The notes beneath the pieces are model-generated. The model searched no databases. It saw nothing but the letters and a program-made list of their open reading frames with translations, and had not been told where the DNA came from. A DNA stretch of 63,785 nt, counting the filler, from Octopus bimaculoides (lineage: Eukaryota): NCBI RefSeq assembly GCF_001194135.2. It is 12 parts of 8 records of this genome, joined end to end, with 100 filler letters (N's around TTAATTAATTAA, not from the genome) between each part and the next. Parts side by side here need not be neighbours in the genome. Positions count along the whole stretch, not along the records: positions 33,190 to 39,744 come from NC_068987.1; positions 39,845 to 43,343 come from NC_068989.1; positions 43,444 to 47,459 come from NC_069008.1; positions 47,560 to 49,511 come from NW_026326454.1; positions 49,612 to 51,419 come from NC_068981.1; 7 more parts are not named here. One strand, written 5' to 3'. Within the stretch, counting starts at the first letter, position 1. Every line of letters begins with the position of its first letter. Both the position numbers and the translations under genes were made by a program. Shown piece after piece: positions 39,141-50,825 of this stretch.

Positions 39141-39844
39141 GGGAAGAGTGTGCAAGAGCATTCAGCAAGGGTTTATTCATAACTCAGTAGGATTGAGCAA
39201 CATCAGATGAAGTGCCTTGATCGAGAACAAAAGAAACACCGACCAGTCTAAGAATCGAACACGTAATCTTACGATCGTGAGCTGGGCTCTCACACCGCTA
39301 GACTACGTGTCTTCATAACAGATCAGTACTGGATACAATATTGCATACACGATTGTTGACATAATCTCTTCAGCAAGTACGATAATAATGGTTATTATTC
39401 TGACAGCATGTTACTCTGTATTTTATGAACTAGACGATATTTCCCTACGAGTGAAAATCAAAACACGAACTCATTAAACTCTCTTATCCAACCATCTCAA
39501 ACGAAAGGAAAATGTTAAGAAATTTAACATTGGTTTAGAAATAAACATAAATAATAAAACGTACAGAGAACCGCGAAAAGCGACAGCATATATCATCCTT
39601 CATATTAAAGCTATCAGGTTGCGTTAATTAACACTCTTACGTATTTAATTGGAAATACACATAATCTCCATTAATTTTTTCACACCCTCACTCACACACA
39701 CACATACATACACAAAAAACACACGCACTCATTTTTACACATTTNNNNNNNNNNNNNNNNNNNNNNNNNNNNNNNNNNNNNNNNNNNNTTAATTAATTAA
39801 NNNNNNNNNNNNNNNNNNNNNNNNNNNNNNNNNNNNNNNNNNNN

Positions 39845-39883
<39 letters not shown>

Positions 39884-40729
39884 CGTACATATACATACAC
39901 GTAGTATATATACGTGCATCCACACATACATGCAATGGGATTTGTTGGGGAAAATGCCTTCCACCCATAAAGGAAATAAAAATGCTTATCCTGCAATATC
40001 TCCGTAAAATATCATTTATTCCGTCATCTGATCTCACTCAGTGTGTAGCCGCTATTTTATATCGAATTTCAACACCCCGAGTAAATAGAGTTCTCCCCCA
40101 CCACGTCCCCATCCCTGTTACTTAAAATGGCTTCCTTCATCTTGTTCTTTCCACTCTCTTAACCAATGTTTCTCTTACACACATCCGATATTTTAGATAA
40201 ACACACAAATATACATACTCTCTGCTGTGTATCTTCATGAAATTATTTCCTACTCATCATTCGGTATTCAAGTTATTTTACCTCCCGTAGTATCTGCTGT
40301 CATATAGTGTTAAGCGAAAATTTATCGTCTGCTTCTAAATTGTTTGAAGGCAAGTAAGTCATCATTTGGGAGGAAAGTCCATCGCTTTTACGCTGCTCCA
40401 GCTCGTTCATTTGTGTGTAGCCTGTGCTAAAATGTTATATATTTTAACATAAATGTGACAAACGATGGATGGACATTTCATTGTTCGTTGCTTTCCAGCA
40501 ACTTCCGGGCATACATAATAAAAACCTTCCCTCGAAAGTGTGTATGATTTACATATATATGTATATATATGTACGTATGTGTATATATATGATAATGTTT
40601 GCTTTTATGCCGAGCTATAATAAAAATAATTTTACATTAAAGGATTACTCAACACTTTTTGCAAAGTTCATACCTATTATATTTTTATATGAAGAGTGGT
40701 CTCATTGACTTCGAACTTTCAGCTTGCTG

Positions 40730-40756
40730 GCTTTCATCGGACTGTCCGATGAAAGC
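40730..40756. repeat. Perfect 13-bp palindrome, 1-nt centre
   Basis: GCTTTCATCGGAC t GTCCGATGAAAGC. Confidence 0.9.
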
Positions 40757-40809
40757 TAGTTACTGTCACCACTTCATATACAAATATAATAATATATAAT
40801 GTAATATAA

Positions 40810-40844
<35 letters not shown>

Positions 40845-41110
40845 TATCTATCTATCTATATATATATGTTGTGGGCGGTCAACTCAAACCATAAACAGAA
40901 CAGGCCATTTAGCTACTACACTGCTAGAACAAACCCCGCCATAATAAAATTGATGTGCAACTTGGCAATTTGCAGTTGCAAGTTCAACATCTTCAGCGGG
41001 TATGAAGAAGTAACAGCGTTTTATTCTAGAAAATATATATTACAGAGAAATTGTTTTTCTAGTTGAAATACGAAATACTATTGTTTTTGTAAGGAAGCCT
41101 TGACGATATA

Positions 41111-41237
41111 CAGGGTGTCCACAAAGTCTGGGTACATGGTGATTAACACATACTTAAAAAAATTATTATTTCTTATATTTAATTGTTAATGTTATGATTT
41201 TATTTACTCCATGTACCCAGACCTTGTGGACACCCTG
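41111..41237. mobile_element. Tc1/mariner-type MITE (127 bp)
   Basis: TIRs CAGGGTGTCCACAAAGTCTGGGTACATGG / CCATGTACCCAGACCTTGTGGACACCCTG (1 mismatch). TA on both sides. Confidence 0.92.
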
Positions 41238-41559
41238 TATATACATGTGTGTGTGTGTGGTGGTAAATATGTGAGGTTACCAAATGTGACGGACCGATGT
41301 GTGTCTACATCGGGGTTTCCAAATGTAGCAGTAAGGTTTATTTCTTAGATCGATGTTGCCAAATGTAATGTACAGGGTCACCAGATGCGATGTACGAGTG
41401 TAAGGTTCTCACGTCTGAGTTTCCAACCGTATCAACAGATGAAAAGTTACTTGATGTAGAAATAGCGATTGTTGTTCCGTGTCGGAGTCACTATATGTAG
41501 GTAGTCGAGAGTAGGATGAGACAACATGAAATAGAAACGAATAATATTCACAGATTTAT

Positions 41560-42040
41560 TTGATGGCAGTGGTTAAAGCCTTGAAGCTCTACTCTCTCCA
41601 GCGCCGCCGCGAGCGGTACATCATTTGTACGATGTGGAAAATATACCGCCAGCATTGCCCAAACGACCTGAACATTAGTTTCAAGGTTCATCCAAGGCTG
41701 GAACCACGGGCCACACTGCCCAATTCAGGATCACAACATATAGGTACACTGTGACATAATTTCTTTTCCTCCACAGGCACTACTCTGTTTAACATTGTCC
41801 CAAAACTGATTATAGAAGAAAAAGATCCCATCACCTATAAACGGAGTCTGGACAAATTTCTTCAAGGAATACCAGACAAGCCACTCATATCTGGATACAA
41901 CTCACTCAACAAGAACTCACTACTTGAATGGACCATAAACAAAACTTGACTTAAAAGGGATTTAAATAATCCTATCAGATGGTGCTATTAAGTTAGACAT
42001 GGCCTGGACCAATCTTTGGTCGAAACATATCTAAGTTTTA
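41560..42040 (+). mobile_element. CR1-clade LINE 3' end
   Basis: LKLYSLQRRRERYII..WKI, LFNIVPK, SLDKFLQGIPDKP..GY...NSLLEW. Ends at a TCTAAG repeat and (TA)n. Confidence 0.85.
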
Positions 42041-42167
42041 TCTAAGTCTTATATACAATATATAATATGTATATATATATATACATATATAATATATACA
42101 TAGATATATATACATATATATTATATACATATATACATATATATATTTGTATATATATAAATATAAG

Positions 42168-42199
<32 letters not shown>

Positions 42200-43446
42200 N
42201 NNNNNNNNNNNNNNNNNNNNNNNNNNNNNNNNNNNNNNNNNNNNNNNNNNNNNNNNNNNNNNNNNNNNNNNNNNNNNNNNNNNNNNNNNNNNNNNNNNNN
42301 NNNNNNNNNNNNNNNNNNNNNNNNNNNNNNNNNNNNNNNNNNNNNNNNNNNNNNNNNNNNNNNNNNNNNNNNNNNNNNNNNNNNNNNNNNNNNNNNNNNN
42401 NNNNNNNNNNNNNNNNNNNNNNNNNNNNNNNNNNNNNNNNNNNNNNNNNNNNNNNNNNNNNNNNNNNNNNNNNNNNNNNNNNNNNNNNNNNNNNNNNNNN
42501 NNNNNNNNNNNNNNNNNNNNNNNNNNNNNNNNNNNNNNNNNNNNNNNNNNNNNNNNNNNNNNNNNNNNNNNNNNNNNNNNNNNNNNNNNNNNNNNNNNNN
42601 NNNNNNNNNNNNNNNNNNNNNNNATATATTTATATATGTATATATATTTATATATATATATATATTTATATATGTATGTATATATGTATATATATATGTA
42701 GACACATATGCGCGCACACACACATATATAGGTATGTATGTGTATACATATGTATTTTTGCACCTAAATGTGTGTGTGTGTGTGTGTGTGTGCTTGTATG
42801 CATGTATGTGTATATTTTACGCAAATAAATTAGGCAAAAAGCAAGCGTGATTTCAACACACGCGAACACTACGCACTCTGTAATAACACCAAGGAAAGGC
42901 AGAATTCTTTCTGCACTTATGGCACTGAATGTATTTTTACGTGGGCTTTAAGAACGCCACTCATTACTCTGTATATACCTGAAGGTTGAAAGGTACTGCG
43001 GTAGCGCACATGTCAGGCATCAGAATAATTACCATTTATTAAACCAGACACAGAATTTCAGATATAAAATTAGCATTCTAAATAATTTTTTTACTCTTAT
43101 TTATATCTTATGATATAACTTTTATTCTTAATAATGTTATATTTAATAATCAAAATTATAGTTTTCGTCTGGGCTAGCTCTGCCCAGTTTTCCTACCGTT
43201 ATACATACATATAGATATAGATAAAAAAAATAGAGCTACACACACACACACACACACACAAACAGGCAGTTACATTTTTGCATGTTCCATCTTATCAGTG
43301 TGTGTTTTGATCGGAGGAAAAAGGTTGCGTACGTGCACACCTGNNNNNNNNNNNNNNNNNNNNNNNNNNNNNNNNNNNNNNNNNNNNTTAATTAATTAAN
43401 NNNNNNNNNNNNNNNNNNNNNNNNNNNNNNNNNNNNNNNNNNNGGC

Positions 43447-43630
43447 AGTGTTTCTACAGCTGGATGCTCTTCCTAACGCCAACCACTCCGAGAGTGTAGT
43501 GGGTGCTTTTACGTGCCACAGGCATGAGGGCCGGTCAAGAAGTACTGGCAACGGCCACACTCAAAATGGTGTATTTTACGTGCCACCTGCACAGGAGCCG
43601 TCCAGGGGCACTGGCAACGATCTCACTCGA
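43447..43630 (-). mobile_element. SINE family E fragment (CTACAGCTGGATGCCCTTCCT type)
   Basis: Shares TTTCTACAGCTGGATGC(T/C)CTTCCTAA with 45825-45955 and, inverted, with 44840-44990. Confidence 0.7.
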
Positions 43631-43896
43631 AAGTCGTTCTTTTAAAAAAAGCTTTTCTTTTAATTTTTCCAAAATTTGTTTTCCATTCTTACAGTTGAAA
43701 AAGTCTCATTGACTGAAACCGGTACCAAAATGTGTTTTATAAAATCATTTTAGCATTTTCTACCTTGATTTTTTTTCCATATATACACACATAGGGCAAG
43801 GACTTGTAAAATAATATCAACTGGAAGTGACCATCAGCTACATACCTTAGGAATGGGAACAGTGTACCACATCAGTTCAAATAAAGGGTTGCTATG

Positions 43897-44050
43897 TTCT
43901 GAGTTCAAATTCTACCGAGGTTGACTTCGCTTTTCATCCTTTCGGGGTTGATAGATTAAGTACCAGTTGCATACTGGAATCGATCTAATCGACTCCCCCC
44001 CCCCTAAAAAAAATTTTCAGGCGTTGTGCCTATATAGTAGAAAGGGTCAT
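43897..44050 (+). mobile_element. Family A SINE fragment just upstream of the OST4 coding exon
   Basis: GTTCTGAGTTCAAATTCTACCGAGGTTGACTTCGCTTTTCATCCTTTCGGGG. Confidence 0.8.
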
Positions 44051-44116
44051 TAGGTCGATTTTGCCTTTGAAACCAATATTATACATGCTTTATGTGTTTT
44101 CCTTTTATTTTCCAGA

Positions 44117-44230
44117 ATGATTACAGATGTTCAGTTAGCCATTTTTGCTAATGCTCTTGGCGTTGGGCTCTTCCTGTTGGTAGTTCTGTACCATTATGTA
44201 GCAGTGAATCATCCGAAGAAAATGGAATAG
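44117..44230 (+). CDS. OST4: Oligosaccharyltransferase subunit 4 (37 aa), complete CDS in one exon (44116-44249)
   Basis: [37 protein letters not shown], 33/37 identical to human OST4 as recalled. Acceptor ttttattttccag 1 nt before the ATG. Donor AAG|gtaagt 19 nt after the stop. Confidence 0.97.
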   Translation: MITDVQLAIFANALGVGLFLLVVLYHYVAVNHPKKME

Positions 44231-44309
44231 CACATGTTACCAACATAAGGTAAGTTCAATCGGACTCTGTCAACCCACGTTTCTTTTTCCTTCTGGTATT
44301 AAATACTAA

Positions 44310-44990
44310 CGTGGAGGCGCAATGGTCCATTGGTTAGGGCAGTGGACTCGCGGTTTCAATTCCCAGACCGGGCGTTGTGAGTGTTTATTGAGCGAAAACA
44401 CCTAAAGCTCCACAAGGCTCCGGCAGGGGATGGTGGCGAACCCTGCTGTACTCTTCCACCACAACTTTCTCTCACTCTTTCTTCCTGTTTCTGGAACTTG
44501 TTTAAGCCATTGTTGCCTGAAATGTAGAGATTATAAAATTTTTGCAAATGTGGCTGTATGTTTAGAAGTTTGCTTCCCAACCACATGGTCCCACGTTCAA
44601 TTCCTCTATGTGACACCTTGGGCAAGTGACTTCTGCCATAGCCCTGCGCCAACCAAACCATTGTGAGTGGATATGGTAGGTGGAAACTGTGTGGAAGCCT
44701 ACCGTATACGTATGTACGTGTTTGTGTGTTTAAGTATGTTTTATTACTGTTTCTTTGCCTTGGTATTGCTTGATAATTGTAAATAAATGTCACCATCACG
44801 TAAGCGGTGTCCTTTTGTTTCCAATCTTCTGTGAAACTACGTCTTGTCATGGGGAAATAGGACCATACTTGGAAACAGGTAAGGATTGGCTACAGGAAAG
44901 GCATCCAGCTGTAAAAAAAAACCCGCCTTAATAAAATTCCACCATACCCATCCGAGCATGGAGAACTTGACATTAAAATGCAGACGATGA
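44310..44990 (+). mobile_element. Three SINE fragments (families C, B, E) within the OST4 3'-UTR intron
   Basis: 44310-44495 matches the family C head. 44565-44710 has CACCTTGGGCAAGTG. 44840-44990 has GGCATCCAGCTGTA. Confidence 0.75.
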
Positions 44991-45109
44991 TTGTAAAAAG
45001 CCCTTTTTCCTCATTTAAAAAAATTTTTGTCTCTTATTTCTTTTGTATCTAAACAAAAAAAAAGATAGTTGCAAAAAGCTAAATTTCTATTTTATTTCTT
45101 TTCTTACAG

Positions 45110-45150
45110 ATCACTTTAGAATGAATAAATACACCAAAAACAAATATATA
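45110..45150 (+). other. OST4: Probable OST4 terminal 3'-UTR exon
   Basis: Strong acceptor tattttatttcttttcttacag ending at 45109. AATAAA at 45124-45129, with more AATAAA at about 45184. The end coordinate is a guess. Confidence 0.7.
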
Positions 45151-45824
45151 TATATATATATATATAAATACATATATATATATAAATAAATAAATAAAAA
45201 AAATAAAACAAACCAAAAAGATTCATCATGAAGATATATTTCATTTGTTTTTGTAAGTCACTTCAGATCATTTCCAACTGACCTAGTTTCGCAGTCAGCC
45301 AGAGCATGACCTTCTGTGATGGTTCTGCGAATTATTCATCCATAACATGTTTGCTAACCATGAAATAAAAATGAATACAAATAGGAAACCTTGTTGTTGA
45401 AGATATCTTATTGGGGTGGGGGTCAGTTGTCCGCAACAGAAAACAGAATTTCACAGGAGCACACTGTTCCTTCGTTCCAGCCATCACAAAAAAATCAACA
45501 GAGGGGAACCACTGCAAAACAATGATGCACTACATGGCATTTGGACCTTAGAGAACTATGCCGGTCAGCAGACTGATGCCTGAGCATTGCATCAAGTGAT
45601 TTCTAGTGGTGGAAGCCTGATCAAAAACAGGCTTGTCCCACACAACACTTCTGGTTACTTTTGGGCACCTCCTCGTATATATATATATATACCGGAGTAA
45701 GCACATGAAATGTGCAACAAGGTGGAAAAAAGAGTACTCAAATACCAGAGGTAGAGTAATATGCTTTATTTAAAAGCAGCAGAAATATAACAAAAAAACC
45801 TGCTGCTTTTAAATAAAGTATCAT

Positions 45825-45955
45825 CATCATCGTTTAACGTACGCTTTCCATGCTAGCATGGGTTGGACGATTTGACTGAGTTCTGGTGCAACCGGATGGC
45901 TACACCAGGCTCCAATCTAATTTGGCAGAGTTTCTACAGCTGGATGCCCTTCCTA
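45825..45955 (-). mobile_element. SINE family E 3' end with (ATG)n tail
   Basis: TCATCATCGTTTAACGT..CTTTCCATGCTAGCATGGGTTGG...CTACAGCTGGATGCCCTTCC. Confidence 0.75.
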
Positions 45956-46277
45956 AGTATATATATATATATATATATATGGAGTTTATTTTCCAGTATA
46001 GTTCACCTTGTGGTCCACTCACTTCTTCCATCGGTGTTGCAGTGCTTGGATTTCATTGGTGAAGAGAAGCTTTCGTCCTGTTGGTCAAAAAGGCACTTTT
46101 GGTAAAACATACATTTTCTGTGCAGAATTTAAGCAAAATGCTTGGGAAAGCACCACCAATGTGACTTGGTCTGTAATCTCTGCAAACCTGCATATGTTTA
46201 TGAAAGGTTGGGCTCATTCACCAATTATAACTGCAAAGCTAAACACACAGGTACACAGACACATGCATATATTCTTT

Positions 46278-46975
46278 TAATCTTCTACTTGTTTCAGTCA
46301 TTTTGACTATGGCCATGCTGGAGCACTGCCTTTTAGTCAAAGAAATCAACCCATGGGCTTACTCTTTGTAAGCCTGGTACTTAGTCTATCGGTCTATTTT
46401 GCATAACTGCTAAGTCACGGGGACATAAATTCACCAACATCGGTTGTCAAGCGATGGTGGAAGGACAAACACACACAAATATATATACATATATATGACG
46501 GGCTTCTTTCAGTTTCCATGTACCAAATCCAGTCACAAGGCACTCAACCCAGAACCTTGTGGTTGTGAAGCAAGATTCTTACCACACAGCCACGCTTGTC
46601 TTTCATCTTTTACTTGTTTCAGTCACCTTGAGGAATTTTTAGTCAAACTAATCAACCCAAACGCTTATTTTCTTTTTAAGCCTGATACTTATTGCTTTGC
46701 TGAACTGGTAAGTTATGGGGATGCAAATAGACCAACACCAGTTGTCAAATAGGGGTTGGGGACTAACACTGGCAAAAAGACACGCGCACACACACACACA
46801 TATATATATATACAATGAGCCTCTTTCAGTTTGCGTCTACCAAATCCATTTATAAGGCTTTGGTTAGCCCGGAATTATAGTAGAAGACACTTTACCAAGG
46901 TGCTATGTAGTGGGACTGAACCTGGAACCATGTAGTTGAGAGGCAAATTTCTTACCACACAGCTACGCTTGCGCC
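46278..46975 (-). mobile_element. Two tandem family B SINEs
   Basis: The TTGTTTCAGTCA...microsatellite...TTCAGTTT..CCACACAGC unit occurs twice (about 46278-46600 and 46605-46975). Confidence 0.8.
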
Positions 46976-47165
46976 TATACACGTACGTACGTATATACAT
47001 ACACGCATATATCTTGAGATACAACTGAATAATGAACATACATTCATACATATATCATTATACACGTACATGCATACCTAAGAACAACCTGAGGTGAAGA
47101 GTCTTGCTCAAGGTCACAATACGTCACTCAGTTTGGGAATCGAACCATGAGCTGGCATTCATAGT

Positions 47166-47452
47166 TTGGCGGAGGTAAAGAATACGCACACCGCCCGTTT
47201 TCGGTGTAACCCTAACTCTAACGCAACCCCAACCCTAAACGTAACCCTAACTCTAAATGCAGCCCTAAACGTCTCCTCAACCCTAAACGTAACCCTAACT
47301 CTAAATGCAGCCCTAAACGTCTCCTCAACCCTAAACGTAACCCTAACTCTAAGCGCAGCCCTAACCCCTAAACGTGACCCTAACTCTAATCGAAACCTTA
47401 ACCCCAAACACCGAAAAACGGAGCGGTGTGCGTATTCTTTACCTTCGCCCAA
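47166..47452. mobile_element. MITE-like element: about 43-bp TIRs enclosing degenerate (CCCTAA)-like hexamers
   Basis: Left TTGGCGGAGGTAAAGAATACGCACACCGCCCGTTTTCGGTG versus right CACCGAAAAACGGAGCGGTGTGCGTATTCTTTACCTTCGCCCAA. TAG(T) duplicated on both flanks. Internal 48-bp unit has two exact copies. Confidence 0.88.
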
Positions 47453-47908
47453 TAGTTAGNNNNNNNNNNNNNNNNNNNNNNNNNNNNNNNNNNNNNNNNN
47501 NNNTTAATTAATTAANNNNNNNNNNNNNNNNNNNNNNNNNNNNNNNNNNNNNNNNNNNNTAACAAACGCACTCTACCAAGTAAACTCAAGACGACGAACG
47601 GTGTTGTAAATCGACCGATTGTCAAGCTATGCCTGATTTTTAGAATGAGACAGGTAATATCGGATTCTGTTAAGGCCCCATATGGTAAAGATGTGGATGG
47701 GAAAAATGTGGGTAAAGGGTGATGTGCTAGCAATCCTCTCCCTTTACTGTTTTATTAAGTGAACGACAACACAAATAACTACGCAGGGGCAGCCATGGTT
47801 GGAACAAGAACAAGAACAACAAGTAACATGGTCATTCCTTACCCAAGTGACCATATCTCATCGCCCATCACTTGTTATGTGCTCATAAATTAGTTTGATA
47901 GATGAGGT

Positions 47909-47928
47909 CTGATTGGCTGTATGCAAAT
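47909..47928. promoter_or_regulatory. Adjacent reverse CCAAT box and octamer motif
   Basis: CTGATTGGCTG t ATGCAAAT. Motif match only. Confidence 0.3.
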
Positions 47929-48036
47929 GAGTTCATAACTGGGGTCCGGAATTCTCGTGGGGAAAAATTTTTGCGCCCCGGGCGGCACACACTCTAGTGA
48001 CAGAAACAAGTAAAAGATAAATTTTTAAATTTATTG

Positions 48037-48185
48037 GCGCTGGCATGGCTGTTTGGTAAGAAGCTTGCTTCCGAACCACATGATTCCGGGTTCAGTCCCA
48101 CTGTGTGGCACCTTGGGCAAGTGTCTTCTACTATAGCCTCAGGTCGACCAAAACCTTGCGAGTGGATTTGGTAGACGGAAACTGA
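48037..48185 (+). mobile_element. Family B SINE 5' part
   Basis: GGCGCTGGCATGGCTGT...GGGTTCAGTCCCACTGTGTGGCACCTTGGGCAAGTGTC. Confidence 0.85.
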
Positions 48186-49611
48186 NNNNNNNNNNNNNNN
48201 NNNNNNNNNNNNNNNNNNNNNNNNNNNNNNNNNNNNNNNNNNNNNNNNNNNNNNNNNNNNNNNNNNNNNNNNNNNNNNNNNNNNNNNNNNNNNNNNNNNN
48301 NNNNNNNNNNNNNNNNNNNNNNNNNNNNNNNNNNNNNNNNNNNNNNNNNNNNNNNNNNNNNNNNNNNNNNNNNNNNNNNNNNNNNNNNNNNNNNNNNNNN
48401 NNNNNNNNNNNNNNNNNNNNNNNNNNNNNNNNNNNNNNNNNNNNNNNNNNNNNNNNNNNNNNNNNNNNNNNNNNNNNNNNNNNNNNNNNNNNNNNNNNNN
48501 NNNNNNNNNNNNNNNNNNNNNNNNNNNNNNNNNNNNNNNNNNNNNNNNNNNNNNNNNNNNNNNNNNNNNNNNNNNNNNNNNNNNNNNNNNNNNNNNNNNN
48601 NNNNNNNNNNNNNNNNNNNNNNNNNNNNNNNNNNNNNNNNNNNNNNNNNNNNNNNNNNNNNNNNNNNNNNNNNNNNNNNNNNNNNNNNNNNNNNNNNNNN
48701 NNNNNNNNAGTAATGCGCATGCTCAACCAGATGTACAACAGAGCGCGCAAGGGAAGGTTGCTTCTAATGATGCGTCCCTAATTTAAATCGCATTCATCCG
48801 AACAGTAATCTCTTATTATAGAATACAATATCATGGAAAATAAGTTTTACATAATCTATGTATCTATACACACACTCACGTTCTGATAATTCATGTGTTT
48901 TACATTCTCGCCAATTTCCAGATAATATTCTGATACGCGCGAGGTAATGGCTTTGTTATTAACCTTGTTTCTCTCATTCCATCATGTTTTCTTCGATCTT
49001 CGATCAATATAACGTTTCTTCTCCTTTGTTTGTTTCTTTGATCTGTCATTAATATTCGTGACGTGGCAGAACTTTGGAATCGGTCGCCCATATAAGTCGG
49101 ATTATTTTTCCGTTTTGATGCGGATTTTTCCCCCTTTCGTTTTTGCTTTTGTTCTATGTACTTAAAAACGATGGGACAAGCCCTTTTTTGTTAAAAATAA
49201 ATAGGTGGAATTCTAGTTTAAGCAACCCTTATAAAACCTCTTAAAGTCTTTAAAAAAAATACGAAAAAGAGTGGAAATTTTAGGATTTATGACGGGGTGG
49301 GGTTGCAAAAATTCCTGTTCAGTTCCACTACGTGGCATAGTGGGCCGACCAAAGTATTGTGAGTCGATTTGGTAGACGGAAACAGAAAGAAGCCCGTCGT
49401 TTATAAACGCCTAGTTTAGAATAGAGGCAGCTGATGAAGAATTAATCCAAGGGGCTATTTGTTTTCCTCTGTGTTCGTTCCGTTGTCTGTAGTTCATTTT
49501 TCTAACGTCCTNNNNNNNNNNNNNNNNNNNNNNNNNNNNNNNNNNNNNNNNNNNNTTAATTAATTAANNNNNNNNNNNNNNNNNNNNNNNNNNNNNNNNN
49601 NNNNNNNNNNN

Positions 49612-49654
<43 letters not shown>

Positions 49655-49689
49655 TTAATTAATTAACTGATCAATAATTAATAATTCTA

Positions 49690-50825
49690 CCAAGTAGAAT
49701 TACCTACTGAAATGAGAAATGTCCTGAACGTGGCTATCAAGGTTGTCAACTTTGTTAAAGGTGGAGCCTTAAACAGTCGTCTTTTCAAACTGCTGTGTAA
49801 AGATATGGAATCTGAATATGAAGCATTGCTTTTTCACACGAACGTACAATGACTATCAAAAGGGAACATGCTTGGATGGCTTTATGAACTACAAGAAGTA
49901 GCAATATTTCTTGATTTGCAGCAGAAGGCAGATCTCCATGACAAGTTCGAGTCTGAAAGCTTTCAGCTATCTCTAGCTTACCTGATGGACATCTTCTAAG
50001 CGTTGAATGCTCTCGACTTTAACCTACAAAGGAGAACATCAATATTCTCACGTACCACAACACCATTCAAACCGTCATGGCCAAACTCAACCTCTATAAA
50101 TGTCGAATTCAGCAGGAAAGTACAGCTAGTTTTAGTAACTTGGATTCTGCTCTTATTCACGGTAGCCTTGATTCTGAGTTAAAGAAACAAATAATCACTC
50201 ATCTGACTTGAAAACAGAATTCATCAGATACTTCCCAGATATGGAGGAAAAGCGTGAAGCTTGGAAATTCATCAGGAATCCATTTCAGTGTGAAGTGACT
50301 GATGTTTTGGATGAAGTGCAAGAGGAGTTTCTTGAGCTGAAGTTCAACTCAAAGCTAAGGAGGACTTCAAACAACTGGATCTTGAAACGTTCTGGATCAA
50401 GTAACTTCCTGTTTACCCTCTTGATCTCAGATCAGGCTCTTCGGATTTTAGCTATGTTTGGATCCACGTAACATTGTGAAGCTGCATTTTCCACGCTCGT
50501 TGTTGTCAGAAACAGGCTGAAGGTTGAAAGGGACTTACGTTGTGCACTCTCTGACATTCAACTACACATTCAAGATCTTGTGGCTAAGGAGCAGTTTCAA
50601 CTATCTCACTTTTTGTATGATGTGATTATATACAAAATGATACATATTTTGTATAATGTGACTAATTCATTTTCAATAAAATGACTAAAAACATATTTTA
50701 GATTTTATTTAAAATTTGTTGGGGGGGGGGAGAATTTTATTCATAGATGCAAGGGGGCATGGAGAGAAGGACAAATTCCTAGGGGAGGCGGGGAGGCGTG
50801 GTAGTAAAAAGGTTAAGAACCACTA
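49690..50825 (+). mobile_element. hAT/Buster (Charlie/SCAND3/ZBED-like) transposon 3' half, degenerate
   Basis: VVNFVKGGALNSRLFKLLCKDMES..LLFHT; FIRYFP; AMFGST..CEAAFST..RNRLKVERDLRCALS. Right end GGTTAAGAACCACTA followed by the 8-mer ctcTAgat (Buster-type target). Confidence 0.9.

Noticed and set aside
31877-44230. Functional link between neighbouring OST4 (N-glycosylation) and DD3-3 (recalled as found in a Dictyostelium O-glycosylation mutant)
   Set aside because: Adjacency in one eukaryotic genome is not evidence of a pathway. It would need conserved synteny and co-expression.
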